From Bacteroidales bacterium (GTDB taxonomy: Bacteria; Bacteroidota; Bacteroidia; Bacteroidales; CAIWKO01): 51,754 bases of DNA. A model generated the notes under the pieces. It was given only the letters and a program-made list of their open reading frames with translations. It had not been told where the DNA came from and ran no database searches. The number at the start of each line of letters is the position of its first letter. The first letter of the stretch is position 1. Positions 29,880-37,549 of this stretch are shown in pieces. The stretch spans positions 1-51,754 of the forward strand of contig DAOORA010000027.1 in assembly GCA_035389045.1 (NCBI GenBank). The letters run 5' to 3'. A program made the position numbers and the translations under genes.

Positions 29880-30281
29880 GTACTTTTTGTCTTGAAACAA
29901 AAAGTACCAATCCGCCAGCTGGCGGACAAGAAAATATATATCGAACCCTGTCTGCCGCCAGGCAGGCTCCGCACAGGCCACTCCCTGACACCGACATATT
30001 TTCTTGCCAGCGCACTTTGTTTCTGCGAAACAATTCGGCTTTTTCGGGACAGGTTAGCCGATATTTGGCGCGCGGGCAATTCCTGGCGTGCGAGCCGGCG
30101 GTGGCGTGAATCAGAAAACATTTGAAAATCTGCAAAGGCCCCGCCACAGGCGGGGTTTCCTGACGCAGCATAGCTGGTCGGGACTACTTTGCATAGATTT
30201 TCAATGTTTTCTGAGAGCGGGAGGAAGCATTCGCCAGGAGGTCCTTTTTTGATTACTTTTTTGGACAAGCAAAAAAGTAAT
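29880..30281. other. ~400 bp GC-richer structured non-coding element bounded by related hairpins
   Basis: Stems 29880-29907 (11 bp), 29927-30006 (11 bp), 30111-30214 (long, bulged) and 30252-30281 (12 bp). Confidence 0.7.
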
Positions 30282-30403
30282 ACAGAAATGTAATGGCGTT
30301 ACAAGAATCTGCTCGAATTTTATATACCAGCACCTTAAAAAAAGAAATTGCCGGAAAAACTAATTACTATAAAAATCTACCAACGTTTTTCACCTGGAAT
30401 ACT

Positions 30404-30411
30404 TATTTTTG
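30404..30411 (+). promoter_or_regulatory. Putative -7 promoter element
   Basis: TATTTTTG 25 nt before ATG 30437. Confidence 0.5.
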
Positions 30412-30436
30412 TTGTAATTAAAGGATGTTATAAAAA

Positions 30437-31537
30437 ATGTATTTAAATACAATAGTCCCGTTTATGGACTTAAGCAGGTTCTATAAACAATATGAAAAAC
30501 AAATCCTCGATATAACCCGGAGCATTTACGAATCGGGCAGGTTTATGGATGGAGCATTTGTTGACCATTGTGAACACAAGCTTTCGGAAATATATAATTA
30601 TCCGGAAACTGTATTGGTAAACAGCTGCACTGACGCCCTTTTCTTTGCATTACAGACAGCCGGTATCAAACCGGGTGATGAGGTTATTATCACTTCATTT
30701 TCATTTATTGCAAGCCTGACACCCATTTTAAGGGCAGGCGCCATACCGGTATTTGTCGATATTGATCCGGATACCTGCCTGATGGATTATGAAGAAATTC
30801 CTTCAAAAATCAACTCAAAGACCAGGGCTATATTGGCTGTTCATCTTTATGGACAGGTGCTGGATATGAAAAAAATCAATGCGATTGCTGAATCTCATTC
30901 ATTAATTGTAATAGAAGATGCAGCTCAATCCATAGGAATAATTCCAAATTATGGCAACGCCAAAAAATCGGAATTTATTTGTTTGAGTTTTGACCCCACC
31001 AAAGTGGTTCACGCCTTTGGAAGCGGAGGCGCTGTAGTTTGTAATAATAAATATTCTGGAGAAATAAAGCAATTACGACACCATGGAAGGCAAAATAAAG
31101 AGTATGTAATTTTAGGGTATAATTCCAGAATCAGTGAACAACAGGCAGCACTGCTGCTTTTTCAACTTAATATGCTTGACACACTAATTTCAGAACGAAA
31201 ATCTATTGCTAAAACCTATCTCTCTTTGCTGTCAAACACCACCCAAATACAATTACCTGATATTAAAACAGATACGAATTTTCATAAGTTTGTAGTGCAA
31301 ACAGAAGAAAGAGACAAACTAAAAAATCACTTGCTGAGCAATGGTATAAATTGTATGATACATTATGAAAAAGCATTAAACGAACATAAAGTTTTAAGTC
31401 CTATATACAATGAAATAAGCCTCCCCAATACTCAACGAATGACAAAAAAAGTTTTAAGTCTCCCAATATTTTTTCAGATGAATTTTGGGGAAATTGAGAA
31501 GGTGTGCAAAATCATCAGAGATTATTTCTCAGGATAA
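30437..31537 (+). CDS. DegT/DnrJ/EryC1/StrS-family PLP-dependent sugar aminotransferase
   Basis: NSCTDAL, GDEVI, VHLYG, IEDAAQS, SFDPTK (PLP lysine), GYNSR, LSLPI. Confidence 0.93.
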   Translation: MYLNTIVPFMDLSRFYKQYEKQILDITRSIYESGRFMDGAFVDHCEHKLSEIYNYPETVLVNSCTDALFFALQTAGIKPGDEVIITSFSFIASLTPILRAGAIPVFVDIDPDTCLMDYEEIPSKINSKTRAILAVHLYGQVLDMKKINAIAESHSLIVIEDAAQSIGIIPNYGNAKKSEFICLSFDPTKVVHAFGSGGAVVCNNKYSGEIKQLRHHGRQNKEYVILGYNSRISEQQAALLLFQLNMLDTLISERKSIAKTYLSLLSNTTQIQLPDIKTDTNFHKFVVQTEERDKLKNHLLSNGINCMIHYEKALNEHKVLSPIYNEISLPNTQRMTKKVLSLPIFFQMNFGEIEKVCKIIRDYFSG

Positions 31538-32637
31538 TATAATTTGCCGAAATATGCCATTCTAACGTAGTTTCTAAAACTCTTAATGGTTTCTTTTTCA
31601 ATTTTTAAGATTTCTTCTTCGCTTAAATCCGATAAAAAGCAGGTAGGGTCTTCCTCATAAACATCACCCGTATAATAATAGGACATTACTCTGCAACCGC
31701 CGCAGGTATGTGTATATTTACAATTACCGCACTTCCCCTTAAGATTTTTTCTATCTGCTATTTTTTGAAACAAGTCCGAATTGAATAAAATATCTTTAAG
31801 GGGTGTTTTATATACATTCCCTCCGCTTACGTGGTCAAGAAACATCGGGCAGGGAGAAACTTCGCCTTCCGGGTTTATCGCATAATAAGCCCCCACCCAA
31901 CAGCCAATGCTTGGATTTAATGGGATTTGTTCTTGTTTGAGGTTTTGTCCTGAGATAGCCTCATATACGTCAGGAGGCAGCATATATGGAGTGTAGCTGA
32001 CCTGACCATTGAAATACTTTTGCAACACAGGATGAAAATATTCTTTGAGGGTTTCTTTATTGAACATGAGTTGAGGCATATTACAACTTCTTGGAACAAA
32101 CGGAATTCTGTTTAATGGTAACTGAAGTTTATAGATGTATTCAACAGTCTTATCAAAACTATTTTTATTGAAATCGCCTATGGTTACGCTTATATTAATA
32201 CGGAAGTTATATTTATTAATACGTTCAATCACCTCAAGGGTATGCTCTACTTCCATATTCCTTGTTTCTTTATTGGAAAAATCGAATGAATTTATACCCA
32301 GAGAAATGATCAGATTTTCTCCGACAGCGGCCTTTATCATTTCGAGGTTTTTATCTGTTAGCAGCAATCCGTTGCTTGCTATGCCAATATTGAAACCGAT
32401 ACGGTTTGCTTCTGCAAGCAGATCAGCATAGTCCTTTCGAAGTAAAAATTCTCCTCCGGAAAAATCTATGAGGCGTGTGCCAAGAGCATATGCCGGAACT
32501 AAAACTTTATCAATAATATCAGAAAAAGGCCTGTCCTTAAAGATTTTGTTCTTCGATGACCCTGACGAACAATACATGCAACTCAGGTTACAGTTACGTG
32601 TGGTTTCAAAATATAAGGTGTGAAATTTTTTTAACAT
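31522..32637 (-). CDS. Radical SAM protein with canonical C-terminal SPASM domain
   Basis: CNLSCMYC, SGGE; SPASM C..G....INPEGEVSPC...CGNCKYTHTCGGCR...DPTC; no N-terminal RRE-sized extension. Confidence 0.92.
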   Translation of the reverse strand: MLKKFHTLYFETTRNCNLSCMYCSSGSSKNKIFKDRPFSDIIDKVLVPAYALGTRLIDFSGGEFLLRKDYADLLAEANRIGFNIGIASNGLLLTDKNLEMIKAAVGENLIISLGINSFDFSNKETRNMEVEHTLEVIERINKYNFRINISVTIGDFNKNSFDKTVEYIYKLQLPLNRIPFVPRSCNMPQLMFNKETLKEYFHPVLQKYFNGQVSYTPYMLPPDVYEAISGQNLKQEQIPLNPSIGCWVGAYYAINPEGEVSPCPMFLDHVSGGNVYKTPLKDILFNSDLFQKIADRKNLKGKCGNCKYTHTCGGCRVMSYYYTGDVYEEDPTCFLSDLSEEEILKIEKETIKSFRNYVRMAYFGKLYYPEK

Positions 32638-32659
32638 ATATTATAGTCATAGTATTATT

Positions 32660-32687
32660 CAAAAATAGAACTTTCTTTTTATATTTG
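32660..32687. promoter_or_regulatory. Divergent promoter pair
   Basis: TATTTTTG on the minus strand (32660-32667) and TATATTTG on the plus strand (32680-32687) in a 58-bp gap. Confidence 0.55.
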
Positions 32688-32695
32688 TTGAAAAA

Positions 32696-33154
32696 ATGAT
32701 GTCTGATAAAGAATTGAGTTTGAGTGATAAAATAATCCAGCGCTTACCGTATCTTGATTATTTCTGCTTTGTGGATGAAATAAGCGATATAAATGAATAT
32801 TCAGTTACCGGACATTATACATTCCCCGAAAGTTCTTTTTTTTATAAGGCCCATTTTAAACATATACCTGTAACTCCGGGGGTAATCCTGCTCGAAATGA
32901 TGGGGCAGATCGGATTGGTTTGCCATTTAATATTTATACATGGTTTATATAAAAACGAAGTCCCCTTTCACCCGATATTATCGAATGTTGATGCCACTTT
33001 TCTAAAGAAAGTAAATATAAATGACAGGCTTACTGTTATATCCAAAAGGATTTATTACAGGCATGAAACTCTTAAATCAGACGTTGAATTGTACAATTCA
33101 TCCAACGAACTATGCGTTATTAAAAGAGCTCAACTGAAATTAGTATATGATTGA
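32696..33154 (+). CDS. FabA/FabZ-like 3-hydroxyacyl-ACP dehydratase
   Basis: LPY...F.FVD, HFKHIPVTPGVILLEMMGQ hot-dog active-site motif. Confidence 0.88.
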   Translation: MMSDKELSLSDKIIQRLPYLDYFCFVDEISDINEYSVTGHYTFPESSFFYKAHFKHIPVTPGVILLEMMGQIGLVCHLIFIHGLYKNEVPFHPILSNVDATFLKKVNINDRLTVISKRIYYRHETLKSDVELYNSSNELCVIKRAQLKLVYD

Positions 33155-33156
33155 TT

Positions 33157-34440
33157 ATGGCTGAAAAGAAAGTGGTAATAACCGGAATGGGCGTTGTATC
33201 TCCCAATGGCTTAGGTGTGGAGGAGTTTAAAAAAAGTCTGTACATTGCCCGATCAGGCATTGTATGGATTGAAGAATTAAAAAATCTTGGATTCAATTGC
33301 CAGGTAGGTGGTTTATGTAATATTGATGAAAATATTATGAGGAGTAAATATCCTGTATTAAACACCCCGCTTGTAAGCAGAAGTACGTTTTTGCTCATTT
33401 CATCTTGTTTTGAAGCAATTGAAAATGCCGGATTACTACATACTTTTGATTTTGAATCGACTAAAGAATATGATTTAATTGTTGGCTCAACCATCGGTGC
33501 CGCTGACTTATGGGGAAGTAAAGTTGTGCACAGCGTTGATAACGGACAGCACCTTAAACTTGGCAGTTCGGCTTTTGAACAGGTAATTAACTCAAGCCCT
33601 GCAGCCATGCTTGCAGGGATACTCGGACTCTGTGGAAGGGTTATTTCTTTATCTTATGCCTGTGCCAGTGGAACAGAAGCCATTATTGAAGCAACACACC
33701 GAATAACGTATGAAAATAAAAAGGTGGTGATTGCATGCGGCGTTGAACCTTATTCAAAGTATTATTGGGCAACGATGGATGCCATGAGGATTACAAATCC
33801 CCACTTTAATGAATCGCCTGCAAAAGCAAGCAGACCTCTGAGTTCTTCTGCAAGAGGGTTTGTACCGGCCGAAGGAAGCGCTGTACTGATTATTGAAGAT
33901 TATGAACATGCTGTTAAAAGAGGTGCCTGCATTCTGGCAGAAATAATTGGCAGCCACATAAACTGTGGAGGACAACGCGATGGTGGTAGTATGACAGCTA
34001 CCAATAAAAACAAACTCATGGAATGTCTTTCGCTGGCTATTCGTGATGCTGGTATTGCCACAGATAGAATAGATTATATTTCCGGACACCTGACAGGAAC
34101 AAAATCCGACCCTGTAGAAGTTGAAGCATGGTCAAAAGTATTATCAGACAGGACAAAACCGTTTCCAGTTATAAATGCAACCAAGTCTTTGACCGGTCAT
34201 ACCGTTGGCGCATGTGGCACAATTGAATTAGTGGCAGCTGTTTTACAAATGAACAACAGCTTTATTCATGCATCTGTGAACTGTGAAGATTTGCACCCCC
34301 AAATAAATAATACCATTGGCGGTAATTCTATTCCGCACCATCGGCTGGATGATTTTAAAATTGACTATCTGGCCAAAGCAAGCTTTGGTTTCGGAGATGT
34401 GAATGCCTGTTTGATTTTAAAAAATCCATATGCCAGCTAG
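33157..34440 (+). CDS. Beta-ketoacyl-ACP synthase (FabB/FabF-like) 1
   Basis: VVITGMGVVSPNG, ACASG (Cys), SGHLTGT (His), KSLTGH (His), SFGFGD. ATG 33157 (TTG 33151 is an alternative). Confidence 0.93.
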   Translation: MAEKKVVITGMGVVSPNGLGVEEFKKSLYIARSGIVWIEELKNLGFNCQVGGLCNIDENIMRSKYPVLNTPLVSRSTFLLISSCFEAIENAGLLHTFDFESTKEYDLIVGSTIGAADLWGSKVVHSVDNGQHLKLGSSAFEQVINSSPAAMLAGILGLCGRVISLSYACASGTEAIIEATHRITYENKKVVIACGVEPYSKYYWATMDAMRITNPHFNESPAKASRPLSSSARGFVPAEGSAVLIIEDYEHAVKRGACILAEIIGSHINCGGQRDGGSMTATNKNKLMECLSLAIRDAGIATDRIDYISGHLTGTKSDPVEVEAWSKVLSDRTKPFPVINATKSLTGHTVGACGTIELVAAVLQMNNSFIHASVNCEDLHPQINNTIGGNSIPHHRLDDFKIDYLAKASFGFGDVNACLILKNPYAS

Positions 34441-35707
34441 GGTTGTAATTACCGGTCTGGGTGTTGTTTCCCCAAATGCATCAGGTATACGTTCTTTTAA
34501 GACCGCATTGGAGGAGGGTAAATCGGGAATAAGGTATATTGAAGAACTCGAGCGATATAATTTTACCTGTCATTATGGAGGAGTACCTGAAAAAATAAAT
34601 GAAGAACAACAATCCATCCTGGATAAATACAGTCTTGATGAAGCAGATGATTCTATAAAATACGCTGTTCTGGCTGGGCTTGAAGCATGGACTGACGCAG
34701 GGTTTACTATTCCTGATTTTTTCGAAAACAATACCCTTGATGATGCAGGTTGTATAATAGGTACAAGTCTGGGCGGGACAGAAATATTCATACGCAAAAT
34801 GTATCCTGTGATTACGATGGGCAATGTCAGACGTTTGGGAAGCCAGATCGTAGAGCACTGGATGCCCAGCGGGCCCGCCGCATCACTTTCAAAGATTCTG
34901 GCTTTAGGTAATCAGACAACTGCAAACTCATCTGCATGCTCTACAGGCCTTGAATCAATCATAATGTCTGCAGACAGAATACGAAACGGGAAGGCACAAT
35001 TTATGCTGGCAGGAGGTACTGACCCATATACGCCATATTGCTGGGCAGGATTTGATGCTATGCGGCTTTTATGCAGGAATAAATACACAGATCCGGCCAA
35101 AGCAAGTCGTCCGCTTAGTGTTACAGCCAGTGGGTTTGTTCCATCAGCAGGTGCAGGAGTTGTTTTACTTGAAAACCTTGAACATGCCGTTAAAAGAAAT
35201 GCCAGAATTTATTCAGAAATAGCAGGTTCAGAAATAAATTCCGGTGGTCACCGCAATGGTGGTAGTATGACGTACCCTAATCCCGTGAAAGTAATAGAAT
35301 GTATTAAATCTGCGTTATTTAATGCCAATATAAATCCTCAAAAAATCGATTTTGTAAGCGGACATCTGACAGGCACCAAAGCAGATGTACTTGAGATTTT
35401 AAACTGGAAAAAAGCTCTTTCATTCGGAAACAATATGCCCTTCATAAATGCTCCAAAATCAATGATCGGTCATACCATCGGCGCCGCCGGGGCCATAGAA
35501 CTTATTGCAGCAATTCTTCAATTAACATACAACTTTGTACATCCCTCAATCAACAGTGAGGATTTACATCCCGAAATCCAACAAATGGTAGACCGGGAGA
35601 AAATACCTTTATCCGTTGTTAAAAATGTGTCATTAAACTATATTGCGAAGGCTAGTTTTGGCTTTGGCGATGTAAATTCCTGCATAATTCTAAAAAAATA
35701 TGTATAA
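34430..35707 (+). CDS. Beta-ketoacyl-ACP synthase (FabB/FabF-like) 2
   Basis: VVITGLGVVSPN, ACSTG, SGHLTGT, KSMIGH, SFGFGD; clear paralog of the upstream KS. Confidence 0.93.
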   Translation: MPARVVITGLGVVSPNASGIRSFKTALEEGKSGIRYIEELERYNFTCHYGGVPEKINEEQQSILDKYSLDEADDSIKYAVLAGLEAWTDAGFTIPDFFENNTLDDAGCIIGTSLGGTEIFIRKMYPVITMGNVRRLGSQIVEHWMPSGPAASLSKILALGNQTTANSSACSTGLESIIMSADRIRNGKAQFMLAGGTDPYTPYCWAGFDAMRLLCRNKYTDPAKASRPLSVTASGFVPSAGAGVVLLENLEHAVKRNARIYSEIAGSEINSGGHRNGGSMTYPNPVKVIECIKSALFNANINPQKIDFVSGHLTGTKADVLEILNWKKALSFGNNMPFINAPKSMIGHTIGAAGAIELIAAILQLTYNFVHPSINSEDLHPEIQQMVDREKIPLSVVKNVSLNYIAKASFGFGDVNSCIILKKYV

Positions 35708-35724
35708 ATTTGTAATAAAAATTT

Positions 35725-35970
35725 ATGGAAAAAATAAAAGAAACCATTGTTGAGATTTTACAAAAATACACGTTCAACAAATCTGTATGGGATAACTTTT
35801 CGGGACAGACGAAATTAATGGCTGATTTAAAGATCAATTCTGCACGAATCGTGGATATCATTTTAGATGTTGAAGAAAAGTATAATATTACCATTGAAGA
35901 CAATTTGCTTGAAAAACTTATTACTATAGATGATGTCGTAAAAATGATTGAAGAAAAAATAAAAGAATAG
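35725..35970 (+). CDS. Acyl carrier protein
   Basis: 81 aa, acidic, DLKINSARIVDIILDVEEKY with the Ser at the phosphopantetheine position; TAAATTTG at 35705-35712 upstream. Confidence 0.88.
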   Translation: MEKIKETIVEILQKYTFNKSVWDNFSGQTKLMADLKINSARIVDIILDVEEKYNITIEDNLLEKLITIDDVVKMIEEKIKE

Positions 35971-35973
35971 AAA

Positions 35974-36579
35974 TTGGGAGACATAAAAATTGCTCATGAT
36001 TTAGTCAGCTTAAATAGTTTTTCTTCATCTTTTGATTATTTTAAAAAAATTTCCTCTTTTGGTGAAGCACAGCAGGTTTTTGCCCTGGAAAAAAAACTTC
36101 ACATTAATGCCTTTCTTTTTTCAATCAAAGAAGCAGCCTATAAAGTGATGACGAAATCAGGTTTTAATAAAGCCTTCGCCCCGCGAAAATTCAGGATATT
36201 ATCAATCAATGGAAAAAAGGACTTTATAAATGAATTTGAAGGTATCGTCTTATATGAAGATGTGGAAATTTTTTTTACCACTATCCCTGATCAGGGATTC
36301 TGCTTAAGTATTGCAGGTTCTGAACAATTTATCCGTCATAAACTCATTATTAATACCACATTTTATGAAGAATTAACTGCTGAAAACCAATCTGAAATTG
36401 CAAGACAACAGCTTATAACTATGTTTACAGGACAAAGTACTTATTCAAATAACATCAGCATTATAAAAAGCAATAATGGAGTGCCTTATGCCTATGCAGG
36501 CCAAAATGCGATCCCTTATGAGATTTCAGTAAGTCACGACGGACAATATGTTTCAACCCTGATATACAAGAATGAATAA
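35974..36579 (+). CDS. 4'-phosphopantetheinyl transferase-like protein
   Basis: IAHDLV (G.D-like motif), FSIKEAAYK, GVP...ISVSHDG; directly follows the ACP; TTG start. Confidence 0.7.
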   Translation: MGDIKIAHDLVSLNSFSSSFDYFKKISSFGEAQQVFALEKKLHINAFLFSIKEAAYKVMTKSGFNKAFAPRKFRILSINGKKDFINEFEGIVLYEDVEIFFTTIPDQGFCLSIAGSEQFIRHKLIINTTFYEELTAENQSEIARQQLITMFTGQSTYSNNISIIKSNNGVPYAYAGQNAIPYEISVSHDGQYVSTLIYKNE

Positions 36580-37549
36580 GCCAGTACTGAGTATCGGAAT
36601 CATTACATGCAATCAGGGTCGTTTTATTGAAAAGGCCATTCAATCTCTGTTGGCGCAAAAAACCTCTTATGAATATGAAATAATCATTTGCGATGACGCC
36701 TCGGAAGACGATACTGCTGAAATTATTGATTCTCTATCTTCAAAACCAACCCGTCCGATACAATTTATAAGGAACGAAAAACGCTTAGGACCTATTTTTA
36801 ACGGTAAAAACTTTTTCGATCAGGCAAGAGGAAAATACCTTTGTTATCTGGAGGCTGATGATTATTGGATTAATGAGAATAAAATACAAACACAAACTGA
36901 TTTTCTGGAAGTCAACCCAGACTATGTTGGATGTTTTCATGATGCTGAAATCATCAGCGATATAATAATCTCAGAGCAAACTCCCGGACAGCTATTAGAA
37001 CAAACCCACGGAATATGGAAGTATTATTCTCAGTTTAACAAATACACCCCCGACATGTACCCCTGGGATATTTTACAGCGAAAAATTGTTCCTACGGCCT
37101 CATTGCTTTTCAGAAATATCTTATCAGAAGATTTTTTTGAACGTTTCAGCGGCAACAAGCTTTCCATTAGCTGGGCATTGCATCTTGAACTTATTAAAAA
37201 CAGTAAATTCAGATATTTTAATGAGCCCTGGTCGGTTTATCTTGATCATGAAGATGGTTTTTCAAAAAGTATTGATTTATTATCCTATAAGTTAAACAAT
37301 ATCGATATCCTGCAGAAATTCTCAAAAGACGATTATTACAAAACCATCATCAAAGATGTGTACAAGGCAATCGCCAATGAATATTACTTTCTTTTGCATT
37401 GCAACGAGGCCAAAAAACTGGATAAGAAGCAATACAAATACTATTGCTCTGAATATAAAAAATGGACGGAAAGATCTCTGAAAACAGAAATTAAAAGTTT
37501 TCGAATTCATCACAATCAGCCCGGAGGCATGAAGTCATGTGCGGAATAA
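36572..37549 (+). CDS. GT2 family glycosyltransferase
   Basis: SIGIITCNQ, IIICDDASED, GKYLCYLEADDYW. Confidence 0.9.
   Translation: MNKPVLSIGIITCNQGRFIEKAIQSLLAQKTSYEYEIIICDDASEDDTAEIIDSLSSKPTRPIQFIRNEKRLGPIFNGKNFFDQARGKYLCYLEADDYWINENKIQTQTDFLEVNPDYVGCFHDAEIISDIIISEQTPGQLLEQTHGIWKYYSQFNKYTPDMYPWDILQRKIVPTASLLFRNILSEDFFERFSGNKLSISWALHLELIKNSKFRYFNEPWSVYLDHEDGFSKSIDLLSYKLNNIDILQKFSKDDYYKTIIKDVYKAIANEYYFLLHCNEAKKLDKKQYKYYCSEYKKWTERSLKTEIKSFRIHHNQPGGMKSCAE

Noticed and set aside
29834..30268. Four overlapping ORFs of 77-136 aa
   Set aside because: They arise from the GC-richer palindromic element; no protein motifs.
29880..30281. Cobalamin riboswitch
   Set aside because: I could not find the conserved B12-box/GGGAA core; an Rfam search would be decisive.
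33157..35707. Aromatic type II PKS (KS/CLF) or aryl polyene cluster
   Set aside because: Both KS retain the catalytic triad; no cyclases, ketoreductase or aryl polyene accessory genes.
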